Shown in pieces: positions 10,011-22,227 of a stretch of 64,000 nucleotides of DNA. Location: assembly GCA_964467655.1 (NCBI GenBank), contig CAYXSN010000005.1, positions 16,920 through 80,919 of the forward strand, read 5' to 3'. The stretch comes from an uncultured Candidatus Saccharimonadales bacterium. GTDB taxonomy: Bacteria > Patescibacteriota > Saccharimonadia > UBA4664. The number at the start of each line of letters is the position of its first letter. Position 1 is the first letter of the stretch. The position numbers were made by a program, and so were the translations under genes. The notes below the pieces were generated by a model. It was not told the DNA's origin. It saw only the letters and a list, made by a program, of their open reading frames with translations, and did no database searches.

Positions 10011-11354
10011 GTGTTTCGCGAAAAACTCCAGCTCTCTCGAGAACGATTAGAGTTTTACTACTCTATCGTCTTGCTCATCCTCATTCCCGTTCTCATTGTC
10101 GCCAATACCCTGATGATGGCGTTTGCCGTGCGGGGCGACCTCGACACCGAGCTGCGCCGCAAAGCCTCCCTCGCTAACTCGCTCATCACCGAATCGATCA
10201 GAAGCAAATTGAACGACCCTGCGGCCGTACAGTCGCAAGTATCCGCTTGGACCACGAGCAATGATGATCTCCTGGGGATTAGCATTGCCAAAATCGGTGG
10301 GAATGCCGTCGGCAACGTTATTGCCACAGGTGGCTCCCAGGCCAAAGATGCCAGCACCAGCGAGCTCTTGCTCCAGACAGTCGTCGGCACCAAGAAATCG
10401 GTCGCCCAGGAAATTACCGCCTCAAACGGCGAACGCATCTGGCGGGTAGTCAATCCAGTGCTCGATGGCGACACGATCAAGGCTGCCGTTACCAGCGACG
10501 TGTCCAGTAAGCGCACCGATAATCTCATTGCCAACACCTTGATGCGCTCGCTGGGTATTGTGATGGCTACAGTCGTGCTCATAGTCTTGCTGCTTTTGAA
10601 CCATTTCAGATTTGTCCAATACGCCATGTTGTTCAAGCGACTCAAAGAAGTTGACCAGATGAAAAACGACTTCCTTTCTGTGGCCACGCATGAGCTCAGA
10701 GCGCCCATGACAGTCATCAAGGGGAGTATCGAAAACCTCGAAGACGGCATTACCGGCACCGTCGACGAAAAAGGTCGTCACACCCTGCGCGTCATCTACG
10801 GCGAGACGGAACGCCTAGGCAACCTGGTGACAGACCTGTTAAACGTTTCCCGTCTCGAACAAGGCCGCATTTCGTACACCTTTGCCAATGTTGACGCCCG
10901 CACGATCTGTCAACAAATTGTCAGCACCTTTACTGCCAAAGCCCAGGCCAAAGGACTCCAGCTTGAATACCAAGACCCAGGTACGCCCGAGATGGTCAAT
11001 GTCGACCAGGACCGCCTAATCGAAGTGCTGACAAATCTCATTGATAACGCTATCAAGTACTCTCAAAAAGGCACTGTTGTCGTCTCGCATAAAAGTTCAA
11101 AAGACAAAGTACTCATATCAGTGCGCGACACCGGCATCGGCATGGCCGCCAAAGACCGCGAGAGACTCTTCAGTCGCTTCTACCGCATCCAAAACGATAC
11201 CACCAAAGGTATTCCAGGCACCGGCCTCGGCCTGTGGATTATCAAACAGTACATTGAGGCCATGCACGGTTCCATAAACGTCGACAGCATGGTGGGGGTG
11301 GGCACAGAGTTTGAAGTTGAATTCCCGCGAGTTACCATCCAACCGAGCTCATAG
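10011..11354 (+). CDS. Sensor histidine kinase (orphan, no adjacent response regulator)
   Basis: HisKA FLSVATHELRAPMTVIKG, HATPase_c DTGIGMAAKDRERLF...GTGLGLWI; GTG start; two TM segments. Confidence 0.8.
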   Translation: MFREKLQLSRERLEFYYSIVLLILIPVLIVANTLMMAFAVRGDLDTELRRKASLANSLITESIRSKLNDPAAVQSQVSAWTTSNDDLLGISIAKIGGNAVGNVIATGGSQAKDASTSELLLQTVVGTKKSVAQEITASNGERIWRVVNPVLDGDTIKAAVTSDVSSKRTDNLIANTLMRSLGIVMATVVLIVLLLLNHFRFVQYAMLFKRLKEVDQMKNDFLSVATHELRAPMTVIKGSIENLEDGITGTVDEKGRHTLRVIYGETERLGNLVTDLLNVSRLEQGRISYTFANVDARTICQQIVSTFTAKAQAKGLQLEYQDPGTPEMVNVDQDRLIEVLTNLIDNAIKYSQKGTVVVSHKSSKDKVLISVRDTGIGMAAKDRERLFSRFYRIQNDTTKGIPGTGLGLWIIKQYIEAMHGSINVDSMVGVGTEFEVEFPRVTIQPSS

Positions 11355-11398
11355 ATCAGCTAGTGCCATAAGCCGAAGGCTCGTGCTACCATAACTTC

Positions 11399-12448
11399 AT
11401 GCCGGCTCATAAACTTACGCTGATTTCGCGGATTATCAGGCTCGATGTTGCCTTTATTGCCATAATTTTGAGTTTAAGTATACCCGGGTCACTGCAACCT
11501 CCAGCCGCCGGCCAGACAGTCAGTCCTCGTGTGCCTTTCAAGATTGTTGTTTTACCCGATACCCAGCATTACGCACTGGACTATCCTTGGCTACTCAAGC
11601 TGCAGACAGACTGGATTGCTCAAAACGCCAACGCCCAAAATATTGTGTTTGTCAGTCAAACCGGTGATATTGTGGAAAACTGGGATAACCAGCGCCAATG
11701 GCAGGCCGCCGACAGGGCCTTTGCCAGTCTCGATGGGCACATACCCTATGGTATGGCGCCAGGTAACCATGACATTGGACCCGAAGGTACCGCACCGTAT
11801 TTTAACCAGTACTTTCCGTTGCCACGTCTGTTAGCCAACCCGGCACCAGCACCGTTAAACCAGCCGTTATTGACCGGGGCCGGCAGCTTTGGCCCCAACA
11901 ACACCTACCATCTGTTTACAGCGGCAGGCAAGCAGTTTATTGCGATTAATTATGAATTTTGCCCAACCGATGATACTGTCCAGTGGCTCGACGATACCCT
12001 GTCCAAGTTCGCCAACTACGGCGCCATCATTACCACTCATTCGTTCACCAGCGCCAACGGCGATCGCGAAAGAGCCGGGCACAGTTGTCTGTTCTGGAGA
12101 GGACCAGGTCAAAACGCGGCTGTCGACATCTGGGACAGAGTAATCGCTTCTGGTCGTCACAACAATGTCCTCATGTTCTTGAGCGGCCACGACATTTGGT
12201 CGACTGCCGGAGCCGCTAGACGAACAGATATGGTGGCCGGCTACCCCGTGCACCAGATGCTGTCAAACTACCAGGAGTTTAAGCAAGGAGGCGAGGGCTA
12301 TCTCAGGATCCTGGAATTTGATACCGATAAATCACTCCTCAATGTCAGCACTTATTCACCACTAACCAAAGCCTTCAAAACCGACGATGCCAACCAATTT
12401 TCCTTATACCTTCCTCTGGGTAGCCGTTTCACTATCGGTTCAAAATAG
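11399..12448 (+). CDS. Secreted calcineurin-like metallophosphoesterase
   Basis: GDIVEN...GNHD...GHDIW metallophosphatase motifs, N-terminal signal/TM. Confidence 0.6.
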   Translation: MPAHKLTLISRIIRLDVAFIAIILSLSIPGSLQPPAAGQTVSPRVPFKIVVLPDTQHYALDYPWLLKLQTDWIAQNANAQNIVFVSQTGDIVENWDNQRQWQAADRAFASLDGHIPYGMAPGNHDIGPEGTAPYFNQYFPLPRLLANPAPAPLNQPLLTGAGSFGPNNTYHLFTAAGKQFIAINYEFCPTDDTVQWLDDTLSKFANYGAIITTHSFTSANGDRERAGHSCLFWRGPGQNAAVDIWDRVIASGRHNNVLMFLSGHDIWSTAGAARRTDMVAGYPVHQMLSNYQEFKQGGEGYLRILEFDTDKSLLNVSTYSPLTKAFKTDDANQFSLYLPLGSRFTIGSK

Positions 12449-12498
12449 GTCATTGAGCACCATAGCCTTTTCAAGCGTAAGCGTGATAGTATGAAGGT

Positions 12499-13188
12499 AT
12501 GAATCGTACCCTGCGCCGAACGACGCTTGGCGTCATGGCTCTGACCGGTCTGCCAATAATGAAAGCTGCCTGGGTGCCGACGGGCGAACAGCCTTCCAGG
12601 TCTGAGGCTCCAGCCTCAGAAACGGTATCACGCCCAAACGTCTTGGCCCAAGTGGTTCACCAGGCAGTCAGCGTGGCGACAGGCACCACCGACACCGCCA
12701 GTGCCATCACCGCCTGCACCGGTGGTTACACGGGACCGGGCTGCACCACCCCTACCCCAACCCCACGGCCCGCTACGCCCACGCCGACACCACGACCAAC
12801 TACCAATCCAGGAGGAGGTGGTACTTCGGGTGGTGGCACCGGTGGCGGGGGATTGTCGAGCGGCGGCGCCAACTGCGACGTCGCCGATCTGAGTAACCCA
12901 GTATCGGCCGGCGCCAGCTGTAGCCAAGCCAACGGTACCAGCTCAAACCTGTTTGGCGAAGGTGGCATCTTCCAGACCATCGCCAATACCCTGATCTTTC
13001 TCATCGGTGCCGTTTCGGTCATATTCCTGATTATCGGCGGCCTCCGTTATGTCATCTCTCAAGGCGATAAATCAGGCGTCGAACAAGCCAAAAACACTAT
13101 TCTCTATTCAGTCATTGGTATTGTAGTCGCTGTAGTATCATTCGCCATTGTTAGTTTCTTACTCTCGGCTTTAGCTAAATCTGGGTAA
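12499..13188 (+). CDS. T4SS-pilin-like (VirB2/TrbC-like) surface protein paralog 1 with Pro/Thr-rich linker
   Basis: Signal/TM, conserved [13 protein letters not shown] motif, PT-rich linker, C-terminal two-helix hydrophobic module [21 protein letters not shown]...[11 protein letters not shown]. Confidence 0.5.
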   Translation: MNRTLRRTTLGVMALTGLPIMKAAWVPTGEQPSRSEAPASETVSRPNVLAQVVHQAVSVATGTTDTASAITACTGGYTGPGCTTPTPTPRPATPTPTPRPTTNPGGGGTSGGGTGGGGLSSGGANCDVADLSNPVSAGASCSQANGTSSNLFGEGGIFQTIANTLIFLIGAVSVIFLIIGGLRYVISQGDKSGVEQAKNTILYSVIGIVVAVVSFAIVSFLLSALAKSG

Positions 13189-13195
13189 CCCTGCC

Positions 13196-14038
13196 GTGAA
13201 AAAATCAAAATCAAAATTTGATACGCTCCTCAAACCCCGAAACCGCCAGACACTCAAAAGAGTTGGTCTTGGCGCCCTAGCGCTCGGCAGTCTGCCGCTC
13301 ATCAGGACTCTAACCGAACCGCCGCCAGGTCAGAGCCCTCAAGTGTATAGCTCGTTTGCCGACAATATCGCAGCAAATATCTCAACCAGCATCAAGCAGG
13401 CGGTTGAAATCGTTCTAGGCGATACCGACAGCGCCAGTGCCATCACCGCCTGCACCGGTGGTTACGTCGGACAAGGCTGCCTAACACCCACCCCGGTACC
13501 AACTCGCACACCGACACCCAGGCCGCCTACGCCCACACCAACACCCAAGTCGGCTACTCCCACCCCCAAGCCCACCACGACACCCACCCCCAAACCGGGA
13601 CAGACACCAGCCCCCACCACCTCACCAACAGCTACACCGAATCCCGGAAACACGTCACCGACGCCTACACCACTACCAGGTTCACCGACCGAATCGCCTT
13701 CGCCAACCCTCACGCCGGGATCAGAAGACAACCAGCCTACCCCCAGCACTGAGCCAGATACTCAGGAAACACCGACGCCCGAGCCCCAACCGACACCAGA
13801 ACCCATAGTGCTTGATCGCGAGAAGACCGCCCTCGTCCAGCATGCTAGTACTGGTATTGCTGGCGGTATTACGCTCATGTCAATTATTCTCACGGTCGTG
13901 AGCAGCCTCAAGCTAACCAACCGCCAAACTACAAAGCCGGTGAAAGCATCGGCTCAAAAGCTCTTCTACTACAGCCTCGGTGGAGTGACGTTCGGCCTGG
14001 CCTCATTATGGTTTATCAACTTTATTTTTGGATCCTAA
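13196..14038 (+). CDS. T4SS-pilin-like surface protein paralog 2 with long Pro/Thr-rich linker
   Basis: GTG start 8 nt after paralog 1 stop; [13 protein letters not shown] motif; ~150 aa PT-rich region; C-terminal two hydrophobic helices. Confidence 0.5.
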   Translation: MKKSKSKFDTLLKPRNRQTLKRVGLGALALGSLPLIRTLTEPPPGQSPQVYSSFADNIAANISTSIKQAVEIVLGDTDSASAITACTGGYVGQGCLTPTPVPTRTPTPRPPTPTPTPKSATPTPKPTTTPTPKPGQTPAPTTSPTATPNPGNTSPTPTPLPGSPTESPSPTLTPGSEDNQPTPSTEPDTQETPTPEPQPTPEPIVLDREKTALVQHASTGIAGGITLMSIILTVVSSLKLTNRQTTKPVKASAQKLFYYSLGGVTFGLASLWFINFIFGS

Positions 14039-14068
14039 ATTGAACCATAAGCGTGATAGAATAAACTC

Positions 14069-14725
14069 ATGAAGCGCTCAGCCAAAATTGCCACCGGCTC
14101 AATAACTGCTTTGGCGGCCTTTGGAGCCAACTACGCTCATACTACATTCACGAGCAACAGGCTACCCACGACGCCCGCTGCCGCAACCGACTCATACCAT
14201 GAAGCACTGAAAGTAATAAGCCAGGCAGTCGTCCTCGTGATCGGACCGGTTGATACTGCCAGCGCTATCACTAATACTGACGGCGGCGGCGGAACAGCAC
14301 AAGCCCCAACCCCCGCCCCACCCGCTGGCGAGCACAGTGGTACCCGCATTGACGAAAGCCCAGATTATATTCCGCCTGCACCATCGGCCAGTAATCCTTT
14401 CGTGGTAGGCACCGGCGACAACTGCGTCACCATAGCGCTACCAATCTCTGGCACCCAGAAACAATATTGCGGGGACGACGCGAACGGCGGCGTCATCATG
14501 GTGTATGCCAAAGAAATCGCCAAATTACTGTCTGGCAGTATTGGCGGCGTCATCGTGCTCATGATCGTTATCTCGGGCATCCAGTATATTTTGTCGGCCG
14601 GCAGTTCCAGCCGAGTCCAGGCGGCCAAAAGCCGGCTCACCAATGCCATCATTGCCCTCGTATTGTTCTTGATGGCGTTCGCCATCATCAACTTCATTGT
14701 CCCCGGCGGTATTATTACCGGTTAA
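14069..14725 (+). CDS. T4SS-pilin-like surface protein paralog 3
   Basis: DTASAITNT motif; C-terminal IGGVIVLMIVISGIQYILSAGSSSRVQAAKSRL...LVLFLMAFAII matches paralogs 1-2. Confidence 0.5.
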   Translation: MKRSAKIATGSITALAAFGANYAHTTFTSNRLPTTPAAATDSYHEALKVISQAVVLVIGPVDTASAITNTDGGGGTAQAPTPAPPAGEHSGTRIDESPDYIPPAPSASNPFVVGTGDNCVTIALPISGTQKQYCGDDANGGVIMVYAKEIAKLLSGSIGGVIVLMIVISGIQYILSAGSSSRVQAAKSRLTNAIIALVLFLMAFAIINFIVPGGIITG

Positions 14726-15717
14726 AGGTGGGGGATAGGAGTGAGGTCGCCATATTGGAAGGCGGCCTTAGGTTCATTGGCCACCGGAGTAGTACCAAAA
14801 CCACTGAAGACCGTCGACACATTGCCGGCTGATGAACTATACTCGGCTTTGATAACCCTTTTAGCAACAGGATCGACATAGAGAGTGTTGGTGCGGTATT
14901 GGGCGAGCCCAGCAAGTGCCCGTTGCAGGGCAACATCGGGCATACCCATATAGCCCGCCACCATCCGAGCATACGCTTCAAGGTTCGCCGAATTGTACTG
15001 TACTTCGTAGACCAAGACATCCTTGCCCTCAACAGTCGCCGATTTGACTGCTTTGTCAGAAAAGCTCAAGACCGGCTTGACCGACCACTGCTTGAGCAAA
15101 GCTTGCCGCTGGTCAGAGCTAAATTGTCCGGTCACAAACGGCCCCAGCAGCTGGAAGGCCGGTTCAGTTAACTGACTGAGTTGGACCGGGGCTGTTGCGG
15201 GTATCACCGAGTTTTGCCGGAACGCAATCCATTGACCAATCGCTTTGGCCGGTACCAAACCGCTATCAGCTGCCACATATTTGAGATAGGCGTTGCGATT
15301 GTCGGCGTAGGTCGATACCTGACTGGCCTGACCCGCCGTTGATGTGACGCGGTACGCATTAATCCGAGGATTGGTCGCGACAGCCGTATCAACCAGCAGG
15401 GTATAGGTAATACTGCCGTACGTCATATCCTGACGATACGAGGCCGTTTGCAGGTTATTGTCAACCACCGATAGGAGCGTCTCGGCATTCGTCGGACCAG
15501 TTTGCGCCGTCAATCTCATAACCAAAGCGGTGCCCGCAACTATGGCAAACACCAGGGCAACCAAACCCAACGCCAACGGCAGTTTTGACACGGGGCGCGA
15601 GGGCGGCAGCGGCGTTACATAGGTCATTCCCGGGATGGTACTGAGTGGCCCGGCAGCAGCAGGATCGACACCGCCGGCAAATTGCTCATGCTTCATAATC
15701 AACACTATAGCGGTCAA
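14722..15717 (-). CDS. Membrane-anchored hypothetical protein
   Basis: N-terminal TM (LALGLVALVFAIVAGTALV) then ~280 aa extracytoplasmic domain; stop shares TTAA with convergent pilin paralog 3. Confidence 0.45.
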   Translation of the reverse strand: MTAIVLIMKHEQFAGGVDPAAAGPLSTIPGMTYVTPLPPSRPVSKLPLALGLVALVFAIVAGTALVMRLTAQTGPTNAETLLSVVDNNLQTASYRQDMTYGSITYTLLVDTAVATNPRINAYRVTSTAGQASQVSTYADNRNAYLKYVAADSGLVPAKAIGQWIAFRQNSVIPATAPVQLSQLTEPAFQLLGPFVTGQFSSDQRQALLKQWSVKPVLSFSDKAVKSATVEGKDVLVYEVQYNSANLEAYARMVAGYMGMPDVALQRALAGLAQYRTNTLYVDPVAKRVIKAEYSSSAGNVSTVFSGFGTTPVANEPKAAFQYGDLTPIPHL

Positions 15718-16438
15718 AGCCCTGTGTTAACAAGCCATTCCAGTCATTGGTGATAATAAATGCCTCATACCCCGCCTGGCGTTCGATAAACTCTAAACCC
15801 CGCTCGACACCCATAGCAAACAGGGTAGTAGCGTATACGTCGGCTACCATGATGCTGGGACCTATCACGGTCACTGATTGCATACCAACCGGCGCCCGGC
15901 CTGTCAGGGGATCATAGATGTGCTCGCCGCGTTCAGCCGTACCTGATGTTGCGATGCCTAAGCCCGAGAGAGCCAGGCGTTTCACATTTTGATCACGGTT
16001 GAGCGGGTGCCTTACACCAATCCACCACGGCCGTCCGGACCGGCCACCACGGGTCATAATATCGCCGCCAACGTCCAAAAAGTAATTTTTGATACCCCGC
16101 TCATCAAGCAGCTGGGAAGCTTTTTCAATCGCCCAACCTTTGACGAGCCCTGAAGGATCGATCAGGCCGTCTGGCCGACGGATATTGAAGTAACCCGCTG
16201 TAGCCGACTTTGCCTTCTCAGACAGCTCAAAAACCTCTTTCATGGGCACACTGTAGTCATCTGGTGCAAGTTCGCCGCGGTTAATAGCCGAGATCTCACT
16301 CGAAGCTTTATAGGTACTAAACCGCTTATCGACTGCTCGGAGTAGCGCAAAAACATCCCTGATATGCTCACCAGACCGCGGTCCGCCCACCATCACCTTG
16401 ATCGGCATGCCCATAATAGCGACTTCCCGGGTCTTCAT
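15686..16438 (-). CDS. apbE: FAD:protein FMN transferase (ApbE family)
   Basis: VAIMGMPIKV...YFNIRRPDGLID...GWAIEKA...ALSGLGIATSGTAERG ApbE motifs; start taken at internal ATG (MKTR). Confidence 0.7.
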   Translation of the reverse strand: MKTREVAIMGMPIKVMVGGPRSGEHIRDVFALLRAVDKRFSTYKASSEISAINRGELAPDDYSVPMKEVFELSEKAKSATAGYFNIRRPDGLIDPSGLVKGWAIEKASQLLDERGIKNYFLDVGGDIMTRGGRSGRPWWIGVRHPLNRDQNVKRLALSGLGIATSGTAERGEHIYDPLTGRAPVGMQSVTVIGPSIMVADVYATTLFAMGVERGLEFIERQAGYEAFIITNDWNGLLTQGFDRYSVDYEA

Positions 16439-16451
16439 GCTATCTATTATA

Positions 16452-18023
16452 ATGAGCGGCATGGCCGATACCACCCTTCTTTCTAGTACTCAGCGGCTTG
16501 TAATCAACCTGTCTGCCCCCAGCCCCCAGCCAGACCAGGACGCCAACGCCCAACTGATCCACGTATCAGATATCGGGGCGGGCTTTTATTTGGCGTACGA
16601 GCAACTTAGGAACATTGCCGAATACCGTGAGCACCACTTATTACTAAGGGGGGCAATCGGCCGCTATTTAAGCCGTTACGTCAGGCTCGAGAGTCCCGAA
16701 CCCTTCGCCCAAGACCTGGTGGTCGAGCTCACTCAGGCAGGTTACCTCGCCAATGACAGTATCAGTCGCGGAACCGCAAACCAAATTGACAATATCACGA
16801 CCCAAGCAAGTCAGCTCCTCTTCGCCATGCGGGCATGCGCCGATGAACTTGAGGCCACCGGTTGGGTCAGGCAATTCGTCGCCATGAGCATTGAAGCTAC
16901 CCTGGCGCCCGACACCAAAACGGCTGCCATCATGCAATTTGCTTACGAGCACTATCTTACCAGTGTTGATAAGTCGAGCCTGGCGCCTCAAGCACCCGAA
17001 ACGATATACCGTGTTGCCCTTACCTGCGCCATCCAGAGAGTCATTTTTAAATCCGATACTGCTACCACCAGGTACTACCTGCTCAAAGCCGCCTTTGGCG
17101 AACCCGACCCCCAACAAGCGCAGGCTATCGTCGACCTCTGCCGCCTCGTCGACGACTATTACCAACACCCCCTCACCAACAAACTAGCAAGCTTTATTAA
17201 CCGCTACGGCGCACCCATGCGCATTGTGCACAAACTCGTCATGGAAACAACCAACGCACCGGCGCTACTGGCAAACCGTCAGTCGACGCTCGCTAAGGTT
17301 AAGCTGGTGTGCACTGAGGCCTATGCTCACAACCAGAAACAAATTTCTACACGTATCATACGATCAATTCTATTCATTTTGATCACCAAAACCCTCATAG
17401 GTGTATCCATCGAAATACCCTATGATATGGCTGTCTACGGGCATATCTTGTGGCAACCACTCGTAATTAATATTTTGTTTCCACCGCTCTATATGGCCCT
17501 GTTGAGCCTATCGATTACCGCGCCAGGTAACCGTAATACTGAAGTTATTAGCGGCTACGTCGATAGACTCTTCTACGTAGGCCCAATTGAGCCCCTCACG
17601 TACACCTTGCGCAAACGACGATTCTCGCCAGGACTGTCCGCATCGTTTAACACGGTTTACGCGTTCGGTTTCATGGGCTCCCTCGCACTCATGGTCTGGG
17701 CGCTCTACCAGTTGGGCTTCAATGTAGTCAACGGCGGCATCTTTTTCTTCTTCTTTTCGGCAGTGAGTTTTTTGGCGTGGCGCATCAGGCGCACATCGGC
17801 CGAGTTACAAATACTCGACCGCAATCAAGGTTTAATCCAGGCGTTGGTTGATTTTCTTTCGGCACCCTTTATTGCTATTGGACACTGGATTTCAGACCGG
17901 TACGCTCGAGCCAACCTCGTAACACTCATTTTAGATCTGGCGATTGAGCTACCCTTCAAGACAATTATTAGGTTAGCCCGACAGTGGCTCAGATTCCTAA
18001 GCGATAAGCAGGATGAGTTATAG
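16452..18023 (+). CDS. Large hypothetical membrane protein (soluble N-terminal domain, multi-TM C-terminal half)
   Basis: ~520 aa ORF divergent from apbE; hydrophobic helices from ~residue 340; start chosen at first ATG (track lists upstream TTG). Confidence 0.45.
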   Translation: MSGMADTTLLSSTQRLVINLSAPSPQPDQDANAQLIHVSDIGAGFYLAYEQLRNIAEYREHHLLLRGAIGRYLSRYVRLESPEPFAQDLVVELTQAGYLANDSISRGTANQIDNITTQASQLLFAMRACADELEATGWVRQFVAMSIEATLAPDTKTAAIMQFAYEHYLTSVDKSSLAPQAPETIYRVALTCAIQRVIFKSDTATTRYYLLKAAFGEPDPQQAQAIVDLCRLVDDYYQHPLTNKLASFINRYGAPMRIVHKLVMETTNAPALLANRQSTLAKVKLVCTEAYAHNQKQISTRIIRSILFILITKTLIGVSIEIPYDMAVYGHILWQPLVINILFPPLYMALLSLSITAPGNRNTEVISGYVDRLFYVGPIEPLTYTLRKRRFSPGLSASFNTVYAFGFMGSLALMVWALYQLGFNVVNGGIFFFFFSAVSFLAWRIRRTSAELQILDRNQGLIQALVDFLSAPFIAIGHWISDRYARANLVTLILDLAIELPFKTIIRLARQWLRFLSDKQDEL

Positions 18024-18112
18024 AACCTGATCAAAACTCGTGTTACAATTAACGGTGGTTTTTGTAAATATTGTTTGTCAAAAATAATTATTTGTCAGGA
18101 GTTCACTAGATT

Positions 18113-18562
18113 ATGTCCGCCGCACTGCCGCACACAGCAAAGGCAATCGTCTTCACCTGCATGGATGAACGCTTAAGCAACCATGTCGAAAAAATTATCC
18201 ACTCACTGCCTGGTGGTGCCTTTCATGCTGCCCTGGCCGGCGGGGGAGGCGCCTTTAGCTTTGACTCAGACAAAGCCGTAGCCCTCAAGCAAGTGATCGC
18301 CGCATATCACATCAACAAGATCACTGATATTTACCTCGAAAGCCACCTCAGCTGTGGAGCGTATAGTCTTGCCGGCGTAACCTTTGCCGACCAGACGACA
18401 GAAATTAGCCGTTTACACCAGGATTTAGCCACTGCCCGCAGACTCATAACTGAAGCACTGTTAGCTGAAAGAGTACCAGCCGGTACCGTCCATGTACATA
18501 CCAGGGTAATCGACCTAGCAGGGCGGCCGGTTAAGAAACCCGAGCTTGCCAAAGCCATATAA
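18113..18562 (+). CDS. Beta-carbonic-anhydrase-like protein (divergent/short)
   Basis: CxDxR (FTCMDER) and HxxC (ESHLSCGA) zinc-ligand motif pair spaced as in beta-class CA. Confidence 0.35.
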   Translation: MSAALPHTAKAIVFTCMDERLSNHVEKIIHSLPGGAFHAALAGGGGAFSFDSDKAVALKQVIAAYHINKITDIYLESHLSCGAYSLAGVTFADQTTEISRLHQDLATARRLITEALLAERVPAGTVHVHTRVIDLAGRPVKKPELAKAI

Positions 18563-18852
18563 TCTAGTTCTAATACATTCTAACAAATTTAACGATGCCA
18601 TAATTTGGAGAAATGTCCATGGACGGTTCTAACCTTATCAGGCATTATAGGCTCACGACCGCATGAGGAAAGGGTTTTCCCGCCCATTTTAGGCCTCAAC
18701 CTGGTTCACAAGCTCTTTAGACGTAAAGGCGAACCATCTGGTCTACCGGCATGAATTGTGTGGTTGTAAGGGTGAGTCCATTCGTTCCAAGAGTGCCTTG
18801 AGTACTCTTGGAACCAAAACCATTTTGATACTAAATATGATATGATCGCCAC

Positions 18853-19413
18853 ATGACCCAGCCTGCGCTGCCCAACTACGCATTTATTGATAGTCAAAAT
18901 CTCAACCTCTCGATCCAGAATCTTGGTTGGAAGCTTGATTTTGCCCGGTTTCGGGCCTATTTACGTGATACCCATAACGTATCAAGGGCTCTGATTTTTA
19001 TTGGATATATGGAAGAACAAGCCGATCTCTATCATCATCTGGAGCTAGCCGGATATGAGCTAATTTACAAACCAACCCTCAGCTACAAAGATGGGTCAAC
19101 CAAAGGCAATGTCGACGTTGAAATGGTCATGCATACCATCTTGGAAATGCCGAGCTACCACCAAGCCGTCATCGTCACAGGAGACGGCGACTTTTATAGC
19201 TTGATAAATTATTTACTCGCCCAAGGCAAGCTAGCCAAGGTCATCGTGCCCAACCAATTCCGCTATTCCACACTACTCAAACAATTTGATCCCAGCTTGC
19301 TCGTATTCGTCTCGGAGATGCGCCGAAATCTCGAGTATACCCACAAACGCAAAGGGCCAAAAATAACAGCTGAGACGATACCTAAAATTGCTTCACAGGT
19401 TCCGGAGCCATAG
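18853..19413 (+). CDS. NYN-domain (LabA-like) protein
   Basis: NYAFIDSQNL...VIVTGDGDFYSLINYL matches NYN/LabA PIN-like nuclease fold. Confidence 0.6.
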   Translation: MTQPALPNYAFIDSQNLNLSIQNLGWKLDFARFRAYLRDTHNVSRALIFIGYMEEQADLYHHLELAGYELIYKPTLSYKDGSTKGNVDVEMVMHTILEMPSYHQAVIVTGDGDFYSLINYLLAQGKLAKVIVPNQFRYSTLLKQFDPSLLVFVSEMRRNLEYTHKRKGPKITAETIPKIASQVPEP

Positions 19414-21368
<1,955 letters not shown>

Positions 21369-21729
21369 GCGCAGCCCTTAAATCGCTCAGAACGATACGA
21401 GCGTGGTAATCGTCAATCGGCGTCAGTACTTTCTTCTGAGCCAGCACAACGTCTTCATCGCGCACTAAATAATGCTTGAAGAAATCTGCTTCGCCAATAT
21501 CAGAGGTGATCTCCCACTGCCATTCAAACGGCGGCCGCTCCGCCGGTTTTGATAGGGCTACCCGTATCCGCCCTTCAGGAGTATCAAGCTGGGCTTCTTC
21601 GGCCACCACCCGCTGAGCATCACCTTCAAACATAAACTCACCGGCCTTCAACACGCGCCGGCGGGGTGCGGCCGCAAACACCGCCCCCGCCAGCTCAACA
21701 ATATCGTTTCGGTACTGTTCCAAATAAAC

Positions 21730-22119
21730 CTAGCGCTTCTTGAGGAGATCGCGGATCTCTTCTAACAATTCAATCTGAGGATCACGAGGCTCGGGCTCAG
21801 CCTCTTTACCACTTTGCATCCGGGCCAGCAGGGCATTCATCGGTCTGACGACAAAGAAGAATATCACCGAAGCCACAATCGCAAACGAAACCAAGGCCGT
21901 CAGGAAATTACCGTACGTGATAGTAGCATCGTTAATCGTCCATTTGAGGCTAGTGAAATCGGGCAAACCACCCAGGACTGCAATCAGCGGCATAATGAGG
22001 TCTTCAACGATGGATTTCACAATTCCACCAAAAGCAGTACCAATCACCACACCAACGGCCAAGTCAACGACATTACCTCGTAACAGGAATGCTTTAAAGT
22101 CCTTCATCATTGCCTTCAC
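21730..22119 (-). CDS. mscL: Large-conductance mechanosensitive channel MscL
   Basis: FLLRGNVVDLAVGVVIGTAFGGIV...LIMPLI canonical MscL TM1. Confidence 0.85.
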   Translation of the reverse strand: MKAMMKDFKAFLLRGNVVDLAVGVVIGTAFGGIVKSIVEDLIMPLIAVLGGLPDFTSLKWTINDATITYGNFLTALVSFAIVASVIFFFVVRPMNALLARMQSGKEAEPEPRDPQIELLEEIRDLLKKR

Positions 22120-22227
22120 GTATCCTTCATATTACTTAACGCCATCTTACCCCTAATCAGGTAAGTCTGACAATATTTGTCCCCAAAAGTCATTGTCAGC
22201 TGGCTATGGTTATGCCAAGATGGGTAA

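Noticed and set aside
12628-13749. Antisense ORFs (12628..12927, 12726..13022, 13462..13749) and nucleotide-level short repeats in the pilin-like genes, which could be mistaken for a CRISPR-like array
   Set aside because: The repeats are codon-level Pro/Thr (ACC/CCN) low complexity inside coding sequence. They are irregular, with no spacer/repeat periodicity, and the antisense ORFs translate to Gly/Val/Arg-rich nonsense.
14721-14725. Shared TTAA of convergent stop codons between pilin paralog 3 and gene 14722..15717 as a possible regulatory or recoding signal
   Set aside because: Tail-to-tail stop overlap is common in compact genomes, and no hairpin or slippery sequence is evident.
18706-18897. 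63-aa minus-strand ORF in the 290-bp intergenic region
   Set aside because: No ribosome-binding site, Trp/His-rich odd composition, and it overlaps the start of the NYN gene, so it is likely non-coding.
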